This document shows, in pieces, positions 40,021 through 53,620 of a DNA stretch of 64,000 nt (position 1 is the stretch's first letter; each line of letters starts with the position of its first letter). This DNA is from Sphagnum compactum (Eukaryota), in contig OZ234494.1 of NCBI GenBank assembly GCA_965153455.1, positions 11,656,001 to 11,720,000 on the forward strand, given 5' to 3'. A model generated the notes under the pieces. It was not told the origin of the DNA. It saw nothing but the letters and a program-made list of their open reading frames with translations, and ran no database searches. The position numbers and the translations under genes are program-made.

Positions 40021-40625
40021 AAGGAAACCAATATGATTGAAATCTGAATTGGTGATGTGAAAATCAATTATGTTTTAGAATTGGCCCTGGAAGAACCTGT
40101 ATCACTAACAGAATGATGACTCGCCTTGCTGGGCTCACCACACTCCACAATTCCCGGGTGGAACAAAGCAAGAAACGTATAGAAGTTATCTATCACAGTT
40201 TCATTGAAATATAAATGTGTCTTTTCTCACTTGCATAAATGTCTAAACAACAACCACATATTACATCTCCAAGTCTTCATATTACTAAAACAACGAAAGC
40301 ATTGAAAATTTGCCATCTCAAATGATCTTTTCAGCTTTTTTTCCAGTTTCAAGTTGAACCAACAGGCCAAGAAGGATTTATTAATTTGAAAAAAATCTGG
40401 TCATGATACCTACATTTGTAAGTAAACAGAGTAGGCCATCTTGCGACCAGTCACAATCTCTTGTGTAGGAATCGACAAGTGAAGAGAAACAAAATCGGTC
40501 AACAGGTGCCATTCCATTTCTGTACTATGAAATAGGTTGAGCCTGGAGACGAGGGCCCAGAGTGAGGGAGGAGCCGCATGGGACCTGAATTGCCACAACA
40601 GCCCCTTCAAATTTCGAAATCCTTA

Positions 40626-40926
40626 GAGCATCTCCACCCCAAAATAGTTATCAACTCTTTTATTTTAGAATAGAATACCGTTTAATAATCACTGGCCCCA
40701 CCCACAAATGTCATAAAAGTCCCTTTAAACACTCAAAAACCATTTATGTCTTAACATCTGGATGAGTAATAGTCACTGTCCAAATTCATGGTAGAAAAAA
40801 GCTTTCTAACGGGTTAAAATGACCACTGCAAAATGGACCATTAACTCTGGACAGCAGCAGGATTTGCACTCTCATGCTGCAAGATTTAATGAAAAGGGGT
40901 GTTCGCTGTGTGGGATGGAGATGCTC
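40626..40926. mobile_element. Tourist-like (PIF/Harbinger) MITE with TTA TSD
   Basis: TTA|GAGCATCTCCA ... TGGAGATGCTC|TTA, with TSD at 40623-25 and 40927-29. Confidence 0.9.
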
Positions 40927-41972
40927 TTACCTGCCACAAAGATCTGGTAGAATTTTAGACAGCTGTGATTCATTTTAGTAGGAGAGGAGCCACCTTGCGT
41001 GTTATTATGTGAAGATAGTGTGCTGTTCACAGAGGTGATTTGAGAAGAATCTGTGCTGTACAGACATCATCTTCAAAATAAATTTTCCTTCTTACACAGT
41101 GCACATTCCAGCATGTATTATGGAGAAGGATAAATGTGGTCACATGTTTGATCTGTTGAATGTTGCAAGTGATGATGTTACTATCAGGAGTTTGTCGCAC
41201 ATGAGCTGCATGTGCACCAGATGCAGCCGGCCATGTCCTAAATGTTGTAGATCTCCCCTCCACTTCTTCAGATTGTCGACTGGACAGGACAGTGGCAAGG
41301 CACCAACCTCAGGGCTCTCTTAATCAAGTTCTGCTAACAACACTTGAGTTTGCCTGGGCCGCGACTTGCCTGTGGTTTTCTTTCAGAGCGGCCAAACAAG
41401 AGTGGGTAATGATGCAAATGGGAGATCAAATGCTCTAGCTCAAAGTGCAGCTGCCTTTACAGGAAAAAGCCAGATGCATTAATTCTGCTGAGGAGGATGA
41501 CTAGAGTGATGGCAAGGAGCTACAACCTTCTGCACCACAAGACCTTTCAATGCACTGTGATGCTGCAGCAGCTGCCTGAAGGAATTAAGGAGGAAACCTG
41601 ATAAGATTGAGTTCAAGTCAGCTCGCTGGGCGTTTACAGACAATATAATTGCTCAGCTAGGTCCATTTTGATTAAGCTGCTGGAACATGCAAATCAGACA
41701 CATGGCCCGAAATTTTATTGATTGCATGAATGATTGAATTCAGAACATCAGGTTTCATCAAGGAACTGGATCTGGTCGAGAGCTGACCATCACCATGCCA
41801 AAGTTCACGAGAATTCTAGTAATTATATATATTCATTCTCTTACCGTTTGTCTGATGAGTTATAAGTAGTCTTTATTTGAAATCCACCTGTATTTAGAGG
41901 CTTTCACATACCACACACAAGTGCAATAGAATAGCTGATGATCACTATCTCCAATATGCTTGGAGTTTTATT

Positions 41973-43151
41973 TTAGCGAGATCCTCCAAAGGAGAGAGGA
42001 ACAGAGTCTTGTAGTAACTTGAGAGTTTTGGCATTGATTCCAATAGATGTTTCAAGGACTTTCTCCGGGATTTTGGTCACTAGCAGCTGGTTTGCTGCAG
42101 ACAAGAATCCAGGATTCTGGGAATTGAGGCTGTTGAAGGTCACTGCAGGTCCATTACCTACGTTGAGTTGGAAATGTAGACTCCCCTTGGGAAAGATGTA
42201 AACGTCTCCCTCTTGCAAGGTTTCGGCGTATAGAATATTGTCGAAGCTAATGAAGCCCGTGTAGACGGTCCCTTTCACCACAAACAACGTCTCGGAAGCA
42301 AAGGGATGAGTATGGGGAGGAATTACACCACCGATATCGAAGTCAAGTCGACCATGGGAGATGCCCAGTGTGTTGAGAGCTGGGTACAGTAAGACATTCA
42401 CAATCTGTGGGAAGGCGTTTGTACCTGTGGACGACGCATTGCCTGAAATCCACCGCATGACGAGAAACACACAACTTCAAAAATTAGAACCTCGTCGACG
42501 TAGGTGTTTGCAGAATGAACGTAGCACAAGATTAGAATCTCGTCTCATCAATCTCTGAATCATTTGTGCAGTTTACGCGAAGAAGAATAGAGAAGAATAA
42601 TCCATGCAGGGTTAACAAGCGCGATGTCCAAATGCGAGACTTGATACACATTTCATATTTCTCGTCTTGAGTCCTCAAGCAAGGAACTACTATTATTGTG
42701 ATCAGTCATATTGCAAGAACGCGAGAATATACTAGCATATAAGGAACAGCATGTGGACGACGAGATTTCAGGGCTATGTGGATTTCTGCAAAAAAACCTA
42801 CCTCCACTTTGCAAAAACCTAAGGTCTAGCTGCTGGAGCTGTCTCAATTATCATGCTTGCAAGTACAAGTTTTAATATCGAATTACCAGCTTTACGCATG
42901 CCCGTGTAGAGGAAGTCTTTGGACGTAACCTTTGCGCGGTCTTTGCAAGGAAATCCGTTCACATTCGGAGCATGCGAGGACATGTCTGCAACGCAGAAAT
43001 CCTGCAATGGATCTGGGTCCGCTGCTTGCGCCATCCTAACACTACTAGCCACTATAAGTAGCGTTGTGTACGCAAATGCAACGGTTGCTGATCTCCAGTC
43101 AGCTGCCTGGCGCGAGCTGCCTTTACTACCATGATCACACCTGTAATCCAT
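41973..43151 (-). CDS. Germin-like protein (cupin_1, Mn-binding), about 244 aa
   Basis: Exons 43151-42887 and 42442-41973 with a GT..AG phase-1 intron, in frame. Hydrophobic signal, ADPDPLQDFCVAD (box A), NGFPCK, GVIPPHTHPFASE (box B) and DVYIFPKGSLHFQLNVG (box C). Metal ligands H, H, E, H are retained. Confidence 0.95.
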
Positions 43152-46100
43152 GATGAGCTGAAAAGGAAAGCTTGAAGTACGGTGTATCAAAGCAGCAACT
43201 CTAGAGCAAGTCTGGTTACAAATTACGACTGATCAGTGGAACTAATTACTGAACTAGGAGGATCAGAGAGCTCGCGAGAGAGTGAGTACAAGCTGGGTGT
43301 GAAGTTGAAATGTTGGTTGTGTTTGGATGCTTGCAATTCAGGAATAGTTAGTTATATACTGAACAATTGCACCAGTTTTTGCACTTCCCAGGCATCTCAC
43401 ACCTCACAAGAAATTTTTGTCAGGAATTCCCTGTGGGACCATCAAGAAGAACTTGAATTTCCCCTATATGCAAACATGAAATGGTTTGTTTGAAAATGGG
43501 AAAATACAATAATTCCTCTGTTTCACAATGGGAAAATTAGAATAAAAGAGTGAAATATTGGTCTCATGATTAATCCCTTGGAATCTTTCCCTATGTTTTT
43601 TTAATTCAACTTTAATTCGTCAAGAGGTTTCCACTCTTTTGTGTACAGGGGATGCCAAAGAAGTTTCTTGTGCCTGAGGATCATGAGCCTTGAATCCAAT
43701 TACTGCTAACTATGTCGTTGTCACTGGTCCGACTGTTTTAAGCAATTGTCAGTGCACGTGTACGCCAGGGGAAATTTCGCATCGAAGGACCGAGAAGCTG
43801 TGCAGCTTCTGCAATTTTCGAAGTCATTCACGTCGTTAAAGCGAATTTTTCTTTCGCAATTTCTCACGTACTGACAGACCCACCACTCTCCAGATCAGCT
43901 GGAAAAAATAAATCTCAGGATATTAATGCGGCGACTCGTGATCAGCGAAAATTGGCCCACATGATCCACAACGCCCCCCAAGTTACGCAATAGATCGCGT
44001 GTCGAAGCTCTCCTTCTCCTCCTCCTTCACCTCCGAACTTTCTGTTTCGCCGCGGAGACGCAAAGTCGATGCATGTATGCGCGAATATCAGCGGAGGAGA
44101 TACGAGCGTCGAAGGTCTACTATGCTGTTGCGATGGTTTGGGCGATTTCATGTCACTGCATGTCTACGCCTGGGGAATAGCGAGATAGCTCATGTGCCGC
44201 TGAAATTCCCGAGGGGTGTAGTGGCCACCAACGTCTTCCTTGGAACTGATGACCCTGAGGGGGGGGGGGGAAGTTGCAATTATTTTTTCCCACACCCCCA
44301 CCCAATAGTCAAAATTTGTTTTCTCTCACCCCTTAAAGCCCCTTCTCACCTACCCCTTACCTCCCTCCTTTTCTCCTTCCTTCTCATAGCTTTCCCGCTC
44401 ACCATTTTCTTCTTCACTTCCTTGTTTTCTTCCTCTCCATTTGTCCTCTTTTTTCTTGATTCATGTTTTCTCGTTTCTTTTTTCTTCTTTATTTGGTTTG
44501 CTTTTGTACTTTTTCTTGTGTTTTTTTTTGTCTTTTGGGTTGTTTTTTGCATTTTTTGTGGTGTTTTCTTTTTTTATTTCTTTTTGTGTTTCCTCTTTGT
44601 GTGTGTGTGTGTGTGAAGGAGGAAAAGCTTGTTAAGTCATATAGTGTTTTTAATGTTGATAAGCAATAAGAACTTAACAATAGTAAAGGTTGTTAACTTG
44701 GAGAAGTGAACTATGTGTGTATGCAGGGAAACAATGGAAAGGAAGAAGCAAGTGTGGACTCAACAAATAGTAGAGAGGAAATCAATGTCAACATGATAAG
44801 ATATTACATGCACATCAAACCCTTGGATTTTTTTTCCCAATTTTTTCTTCTTTTTTTTTTCTTTTTTTTTTGTTTGGTGTATTTGGTTTTTCATGTTTTA
44901 TTTCATTATTAATTTTTGGTTTTGGCCTACTTTTAGGGTTTTTTAATTTGTAAAAAATTTAATTTTTATTTAATTTTTAATTTTTTCGTTTATGTTCTTT
45001 TTTCTTTAATTCTTTTTTTAATTAATCTTTATGTATCTATACTTATTTGGGATTTCATTATTTTTGTTTTTTTTTGTTGGTTTTTTGTGTTTATTTTGTT
45101 TTCGCACCCCTTCCTTTGCTTCTATTCTCCTCTCCAATTATAAACCCTAAACTAGACAATTAAATCCTACACTTTGTTTATGATGCATTGTGTTTAGAAT
45201 TGTACTAGGTATTGTTTTGTTTTTGTTATGGTTCCTAAATTTGTTGGTTGTTAAATTGGTCAGAATGGCACCTTGGAAAATACTCAACCTCCACCAACCG
45301 TGGATGGGATAATTTTGGTGACATTTGATGGATTATTGCATGGTACAACAAATGAACCAATGACATCTATGTCAAAGGATCAAGTTGAATCAAGTGTTGG
45401 TTGATGAAAAAAAATTCCAATCCGAACACTATAAATGAGCAATTGCAATTAATTATACTATTTGGTCCTCCCTAAGGTGATCAATTAATTACTTCCATTT
45501 CAAACCTTCCCCACCTTTCCCAGAAGGTTGGTGGTGTTTTTTTTTCAATTTTTTTTGGTGCAATACCCTAGTTGTTTGGGATTTTAATTTTAATTTTTGA
45601 ACTAACAATCCACCCATGTTTCTAACCATTGGTGTGTACTTTCATCTTAATCTCCAACCTTCATCATTGTGTGCAATACTCTCATCATTTTGAACATTGT
45701 TTTCATGGTTCAATACCAAGGGGTTTAATGTACATGATATACCGTCATTATTATCCACGCAAAGTTTAATAATTTTGTTCCATACCCTTGTCCTATTGAC
45801 ATTGACTCTATTTCCAACACCAAGGATTTGGTGTGCAAGCAATACCTTCATCATCATGTTCATCATATTGTTAAACAACATAAATAATTATATGAACATA
45901 ATTTTTTAAAGTTAAATTTTCACATTGTTTAAAGTACATCAATAACATAAGCAAATCAAATTGCTAAATCTAGACCTAGTTGTTTAATTTTGAATACGAC
46001 ATGCATTAAATGCACCAAAAATTGTGAGACGAAGTTCCATATTCCTTGAACATCTAAGTTAGGTTTGCAATAGCTTCATCATAGTGGAAAACATTCTTTG

Positions 46101-48099
46101 ACAACTTAATGCAATACCCTAATAGAGTATTTCACATAATCTAGATTTTTATAACTTTGGGCAATATCTTCAAAACAGCATAATTTTTCAAGCCAATGAA
46201 TATTTGTAATATCCTTGTATGGGTGATGACAAATATTTTAATCATGCTTTTAAATTTGGTTGAGTGAACAAGTTCAATCTCGTTGTAATATTTTCATTTT
46301 ATTTTTTTCTTCAGTTTTTTCGATAATTGCAAGGTTTACAGGAGTGATAACCATGTAGGTAAGTGCAAGCAGGTAGGTGAGGATGAGAGTATCACATTTT
46401 AAATATATAGGTGAGTAGATAGGTGAGAAAGAGTATGTTTTGAATCGAAATGTATATACAAGATCCACCAGCAAATGACGTCTTGTATTTTTGAGATCTG
46501 GGGATCAAGATATCATTTTGAATATCACAACTTTTGATGTTCAAAAGGTTTTAAAAATGATATTCAGGGTGATATTCAAGTCTGGTATTTGAATTTTCCA
46601 AATATCTGCCCAACACTGGTCCTGTTCGTATCTGTGCGCACAGATCATACAAACATTATGCTTGCTTGGCAAATGCCAAGTGAAGGTCAAATCAGAAGCT
46701 CTAGAACCTCTGAATGGTAGGTTAGGAGTGTCAAAGGTCGCCAGTCTTCACAACTACTGGTTTCACATGTAGCAAGTTTGACACATTTGACATGTTTGTC
46801 CCAAGTCTCTGATTATGTAAAGACTTGCACTGATTTTCATAGTTCAGTTGCAGGCCACCAAACAGGCTGAAATTTTTTTCCTCTGTGAAGTGCAGGCATT
46901 CCATTTTCTGAAATTCTCCCTCTTCACATTTGTTGTTGTTGCGGTACCCGGCAGGTATCAATTGGATATCATGTGAAAAAAAATATTTAAAAAAAAATGG
47001 CATGCATCTTTAAGCTCAGTAAAGCCCGAGCAGCCATCAGCTTTACTGGAATCAGGCCCACACTTGGCCCTGCCTCACACACAAGCTTGGGCTTTACCCT
47101 ACATGTAAAGCTCTCTAAACATATTTTTTAGCATATTGGGTGAGTAGGGTACTTGCCATAGCATCGGAGAAAATTGCAGTGTATGGGGAGGGCACCTTAT
47201 ATCCATCAATTTCCCTCCTAAAAATTGGGAGGGATATTATGCCTACTTGTAGGTGTAAAAACCCTTCCACTATTGTGGAGTAGGCATAAGAACCCTCCCA
47301 TTCATATGCCTCGTGATTTATGTAAGTTTGGTTCATGATAAATTTTGCCTAGTGCTTTACCCTACACTTATCACCTGTAGGGCAAGCTTTGACAACCACA
47401 CAACAAACATTTCGAAAATGTACATTAATCCTTGCCATGTGCTAATGTTAAGTCCCTTGGAGCAAGACTTTACACAAATTTGGGCCCACCTTGAAAAGCA
47501 GGCCCTCATTCCTAGAACTCCGTACTCTTGGGGTTGTACTTACCTCAGAAATCATAAAATATTAGCAAGAATTTGCCACAAGCAAACAAAATCATTGGCT
47601 TGACCCTTCAACTACCCTTTTTTCCTTTATTGAAGCTTGCACTCAATGTGCTTATGTGTAGAGTAAGGCTCAAGAAATGGGGAGCTCCAAAAGTAAATGC
47701 TCACCCAGGGCAGAGTTAAGGGGCACTTACAGCATCACCAACTATAAAACTCAATGTGATTTTTGCTTTTTAAAAAATTACATGATAGCTAGTGGGTATC
47801 CAACAATAATAGGGGACAACATAGAAAAATACAATGAAAACCTGGACTATTAATCTAAAAGTTTGCACTTTTACTTCACAAAATAGATCACAATAATTGA
47901 TTAAATGTGCATGCTAATTTTGAACTCCTCCTAAACCATGAATCAATGGATATTTATAACTTGAATCAAATGAACACATGTGTAGCTCTAAATTAAACTA
48001 ACTCCAAACTAAACCAAATACCAATGATCACCTTACATTACCTGTCCTAACTTGGCTTAGACTCACATCATTGGTGAAGCTTGGTCAAAACAAACTGAG

Positions 48100-48620
48100 G
48101 CATGCTTTTGTTATTGTTTGAAAGCTTCAATGAGTAGGAATATTTAATAGAGTTGATTTCATAAATTTTTGACATAAGGTGTTGGAGATGCTGAATTTTG
48201 AAATTTTTTTCCACTAAAAATTCCATAAAAAAAAAAGAGTTCATTTTAATGGAAATGGAAATTGGATTGGAAATTTAAGTTAAAAATGTTGCAAGACACT
48301 CTTGGTGTTGTTGGAAATCCTTCAATGAATAGCATTTAATGGAAATGGTCTCATAATTTCTAGACCCAAGGTGCAAGAAATAATAAAAACTGAGTATAGT
48401 TTGTCATTATAAATTCAATAACAACTGAAAAGTTCATTTTAAAAAAAAAATGAAAATTGGATTACAAACCTGGGCTAAAGAAGTTGGGGCATGCTCTTGG
48501 TGATGCTGGAAAGTCTTCAATGGATAGGATTTAATAAAGCTAAGTTTGTATTTTTGAACTTAAGGTGTAAAAGATATTGAATTTTGAGTCATTTTTATCC
48601 TTGGAAACTCAACAAATTTT
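48100..48620. repeat. Degenerate tandem repeat, about 195 bp x3
   Basis: GCATGCT.TTG.T..TG.TGGAAAG..TTCAATG.ATAGG.ATTTAAT..AAGGTG..AGATA recurs at about 48100, 48295 and 48489. Confidence 0.75.
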
Positions 48621-50599
48621 GGATTGCAAACTTAGGCTTTAAAAAATGTGTACTATTCACTATTACAATATATGTTAAATAGCAAACCACACTAATTCAA
48701 ATTTGGAAAAATGAGGACAACAACTTGTCCTTTGCCTATAGAGTTGCAAAAAGGGTTATGTAGAGTTCCATTTTGATACATTTGTAGCCTTTTAGATCTT
48801 TGCAAATGGCTTAAAAGTTTCCAAATACTTTTAAAAGACACTTTTATTTTTACCCCAATTTTTTTTAAGTTGGTGTGGTGAGATGTGTGAATTGTGGTTT
48901 CAAAAGACAATGTGATGTTTTTAGAATAAGTAAAGGAGTAAGAGGAAAGAAAAGAGACAGTGTCGATAATAATTAGCCTTGAAATCAACATACATAATTC
49001 CAGCATACACATCTTTTTGTAATATTGAGGTCTAATTTCAAGCTTTTGTTTGAAATGAAAGGTCCCCACACAACATCGAAGGTTGAGTTTCATTGGAGTC
49101 CTTGACATTATGGCTACAAGTTTTATTTTGAATATTTTGTTTTGCTTTTGCATTGTCTATTAATTTGCATTGTTTTTGGGGTTCTTTTTACTTTCCTTTT
49201 GTTTTGTTGTCTTTTTATTTTGTCATGTTTTTCTTCTCCTTATTCAACTTTTGTCCTAGGAAGGTTTTTTGTTTAGTATATTCTTTATTTCTTCTTTTTT
49301 TGCACAAAATGTACCAAGCAAGGAAAGATGGTATGAGAGACATCCGAAAGGCAATGGGTGCACCAATTTTTTCAAAACAAATGTGTTAGAATACAAAACT
49401 CTACAAGTTATAAGAAAGTTTAAGGTCACAAGCAAAAGAGGCAACTATTATAAAGAAGTTGTAAAAACCCACCCAAGTTCATATTTCCTAGTTTAAATTT
49501 CAATGTTTTTTAAATAGAATATGGTTTTGTTCCAATTTTTCATTTGTGATTTTCACTTGTTATGGTGAGTGTAAGGTTTTTATTAACATAGTTTGCATCT
49601 GTTTTGGAATATTGAACAAGTTTGTAACCCCATGCCAGCTCTTATGACTAGGTTTTTGCTAATGTTGTTGTTTTAAATATCCTAGGCGATATCACCCTAT
49701 ATTATTATACCTTAGGCTTGTACCTTAGGCTATTGTACCCAACCTATTCTACTTTAGATTATACTTTAAGTTATTCAAAGCCCTATATTTTAAATTATTT
49801 TAACCTAGGTTACTAATGTTGTTATTTTATCTTAAATTAGTTTAAGCTATTCTAGGCAATATTAGGCTATACATTAGGCTATTTTTATTAAGGGGCTAGG
49901 ATGGGTATGTGATTTTGAATGAATAAGGCAGTTAAGATAGGGACCGATCAGGAATTTTGTTAGTTTGAATTTTGAATTTTGTGATGATGATGTGACTTAG
50001 GATAGTTCAAAACGTTAGATTTCTAGAAAGCAAAAAGAGAAAGGAATGAAACATGGAGTTTAAAGAAGAATAGGAGGAGTTGTAGGTACTTGCAATAGAA
50101 AACCACAGCTTCTATTGGAAATAGCACAAACTTTAAATGTTTTTTTGGATTTTTAATAAAACATGGAATTATGCTATAATTTTGATTGATGTTTCAATAA
50201 TACAGATAAGCACATACTTCTACACTGAATTCTATATTCAACTTTGGTGTTAATTTTTTGTACTATCAGATCATGATGAAAGAATTGTAATTGGAATTTT
50301 TTTTTATGTATTCTAAAATGCAAATTCTAGTTATATGTAATAATCATGGATTTGATGTTATAATGAATGGTAGGGTTAAGTTTGTTGAGACTTAAGACAA
50401 GAATAGTGAACATATGCATGTGAAATGCAAATCTGTTGTTACAATAGTGTGAAATATTCTGCAAGAATTTAAATTTCACTTTTAAGATTTGGCAACCATC
50501 TTGTGGGGAATTTTTTTTTTGGTTCTTTCTTTCAATAATGGGAAAGTTTTCTACAAATTTTGTTGTATACTATAGATACGAATGTTCTGACGAGTAGAG

Positions 50600-51630
50600 T
50601 GTTTTTTTTTCAATTTAGAATTTTAAGGGGTATGTTAGAAAATATCATAGGTCTACACGGTTGATGCCATAAGGACTGTAGAGCGATCTATAGACTTTGA
50701 AGACGAAGAATTGTGAAACAAGACAAATCAGATGGTGACCCGGAGTTTACAACAACAATTAGACTTGGAGGCAAATTGGCAAGTTACTGAAAGTTAGACA
50801 GAAGACAATTTTGAAAATGGAAAGGAGTGTGTAAGGCTTACAATAACCCCATATCATAATTTGATGTTGGACAGACAAGTTTTGAAAACAGAGGAAATGC
50901 CTATGGGGCACAAGTTGTTTCTACCACAAGAAGTGGTACAATGGGACGTATGGACTAGGGGTCTTCAAAAAAGGCTATGGTTGATCCATTAATGCTCCTG
51001 CCACATCCTGTAACTCCACATTCCTAATAATACTTGTTCTGATGCGAAAAAACACAAAAGGACAATCCATGATTACATGTCCTTCTTCTCCACAAAATGC
51101 ATAGGCCCTTAAAAGTAATTTGATCATCTCTGAATCCATAGATTCATGATCCCGTGTTTCGGTTGTGTACCTTGTTTGATCCAACTCTAAATTCCCTTGA
51201 TGTGAATATGATTGCAGTATTTCACCCAATGCATTCACTTGTGCTTCTACATACTTAGATGACCGTGGGTAATTTTTTTTAGTTTCTTCAAACACATCAA
51301 CATTGGTGTTTTCATCCACCTCCCAATGTTCCACTAGTTCATAGTAATCTAAAGATGCAGATTGATACGCAAACCTAGGTTGTATACCTCCTATAACATC
51401 CTTCTTTTAACTAGTCATCGATTTCGGACTTGAAATTTCCTGCGGTTGGTTAGGTACTACAGATGTCCCTACTTCGTTTTGATTTCTACAACTTTAAACC
51501 ACATATTACGGCTGAAAAGTATATTGCATCTGCTCATTTGGATGAGTAGTCAACTGCATCTCTTTCCGTGGAGATCATTGTCTATGTTAAATTGTCACCC
51601 ATTTAGACCAAACTTGACAATGCCACGAGA
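50600..51630 (-). mobile_element. LTR-retrotransposon gag-like remnant
   Basis: ORF 50975-51334 ends in a degenerate CCHC zinc knuckle (YAFCGEEGHVIMDC), flanked by frameshifted continuation. No pol or paired LTRs seen. Confidence 0.5.
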
Positions 51631-51772
51631 CCTATAACTGTGGAATTCGACATATTTACATCTTCAACTCCAAAAGAGGCATCTTCTCTTGAAGAAATTC
51701 TATCAAATTCAGACAAAGGACATTATGACTAGGGCAACACCAAAATTGCACATGAAGAAAAAAATTGCTTAC

Positions 51773-52340
51773 CTCAATGAAAATGCACTCAAAGTTGTGC
51801 TGCGCAATGATGAGAAGCAAACCATCTTCTACAGCATCTGTTTCAAATGAGCAAATCCAATGCCACATTTTGTAGCTTTGATCACTACCTCATCACCTTG
51901 CTTCAGCCCTTTCTTAGACCTCCATACCGGCTCAATTCCTAAAGATTGAACAACCACGTCAATGTTGTACTGCAGATCTGCGAAATTCACAGTAGCTGCC
52001 GGCCCCCGCCATGCCTTAACCAAGCTAGTAGCAACATTTCCCTGCTTCTTCTTCTCCTTTTTCAAATCACCAATGACTTCCGACTCCAGTGCCACAATCT
52101 GGTCCTTGAAGCCCGAGAGCTGGAGCTTGAGCATCTCCTTAGCCTTGGTGGCATCCACAACCGAGTCCAGCACCTCCACTATAGTATCAATCTCGGTAAT
52201 AATGTGCGAGAACAACACCACGCGACGCCCAGAATCCTCCTTAGCTCCACCGCACCTCAGATGCTCCCCCCCCGCCTGCCTGTATTGCTACAACCTATGT
52301 TTGTTTCTTCTTCACAATCCTCCTACCGTGGTAACCCCAT
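51773..52340 (-). pseudogene. Disrupted ORF of unknown function with a coiled-coil-like segment
   Basis: The 130-aa open stretch 51829-52221 (..KAKEMLKLQLSGFKDQIVALESEV..) has a GC-richer, coding-like composition. It is bounded by in-frame stops and followed by a GAG|GTAAGC donor at 51773/51772. Confidence 0.35.
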
Positions 52341-52749
52341 GACAAAGTACAAAGCTGATCCGATCTATGTATGTTTTTGTGTGTGTTTCTTTGGAATATA
52401 ATATGTCGCAATTCCAAGTCCACGGTGACTTCTGGTCTTTGAAATCTCTACAAAGTCACGCGAGTAGGTAGCTTGTCTTTCTTCAAGGTGGCAAGAAATG
52501 AACGATGTCCGCTCCCGCCCTCTTACAGAGGGTCGTCCACTTTCGAAAAAGAGACAAAGACAGAGAGTATCAGCCAGCCCTAAGGCTACAGAGAAACTCT
52601 CAGTAGTGTTGTTGCACCTTCCTAATAAGGTGTTATCTCCTAATTGATTGCTTGTTAAGCATCCCCCTTTAACATCTGCACATGTTTGGCATTTGTTTGT
52701 GGGTTGATTGTCGTAACCACATGTGGCATTATCATTTTGGATCATGTAG

Positions 52750-52851
52750 ACTGCAAGGGGATGTGAAGTGTTGGCTGAATGACTACTAAGGTGCTTTGGA
52801 AGATTTAACCAAGTCAGACCTTCTCAAACCCAATGATACATTTACCTTGAG
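52750..52851 (+). pseudogene. Isolated TPR-repeat exon (pseudo-exon)
   Basis: AG|102 nt|GT, exactly 34 codons: LQGDVKCWLNDY*GALEDLTKSDLLKPNDTFTLR. This fits the TPR consensus, with an in-frame TAA. Confidence 0.7.
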
Positions 52852-53249
52852 GTATCCTATCTTTTCTTTGCACTGACAGACTTGAAGAAACCAGCCCAGA
52901 GAATTGCACTTGATGCAGTTTTGACTCAATGTTGTAAAACTGTTGACTTTAACCTTGAAGGCTAAGAGTGAAGGAACAAATGATGCAAATATGATGTGTA
53001 GGACATGGAAAGAGAAAGATATGCCTATCGCAAAGTCCAGTTATCATTTGGATGAAGGAGATCTGCACTGTTCAGGGACTCAAGTGCACCTCGATGATCC
53101 CCAAGAGCTGATTTGGCAGCACCCAGAGCTCTGTTATGTCACAGGTCAATAACAGGATCTGTCACACTTATTGCTAAACAGAAAAAGAAAAAAAGACCAT
53201 TGCACTTCAAGGTCCATCTAGTCAGCGCTCCACCTAAATTCAACATCAA

Positions 53250-53620
53250 GTTCAACTTGGCTGCAGACCACCAGTCACTTAAAATATTACTCTTATCACA
53301 TATGTTGTCCAAATCAAGCTTGCTTTAGCTCATTAGAAAACTAACTACAAGGCGCATCTATTTACCAAATTGCAAGCTCTGCACCCAAACTAGTAAGAAA
53401 TTATGTTATCAAACCTGAGAGGGTTTTCTAAAGGCAAAAGGTTCAACTTGGCTGTAGACCACCAGTCACTTAAAATATTACTTCTATCGCATATGTTGTC
53501 CAAATCAAGCTTGCCTTAGCTCATTAAAAAGCTAACTACAAGGCGCATCTACCTACCACATTGCAAGCTCTATAACTAAACTAACAAAAATTGTGCTACC
53601 AAACCCGAGAAGGTTTGTGA
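53250..53620. repeat. Tandem duplication, about 190 bp x2
   Basis: GTTCAACTTGGCTG(C/T)AGACCACCAGTCACTTAAAATATTACT..AAACC(T/C)GAGA.GGTTT at about 53250 and 53441. Confidence 0.92.

Noticed and set aside
40430..41650. Possible pseudogene exons flanking the Tourist MITE
   Set aside because: Coding-like composition, but no frame gave a recognisable motif.
43999..44680. 205-aa Phe-rich ORF and overlapping ORFs
   Set aside because: Artefact of a T-rich low-complexity/poly-G region, probably a TE end; no protein-like features.
52400..52675. Solo LTR (TGTCGCA...AACA)
   Set aside because: No TSD, PBS or PPT identified and no second copy in the window.
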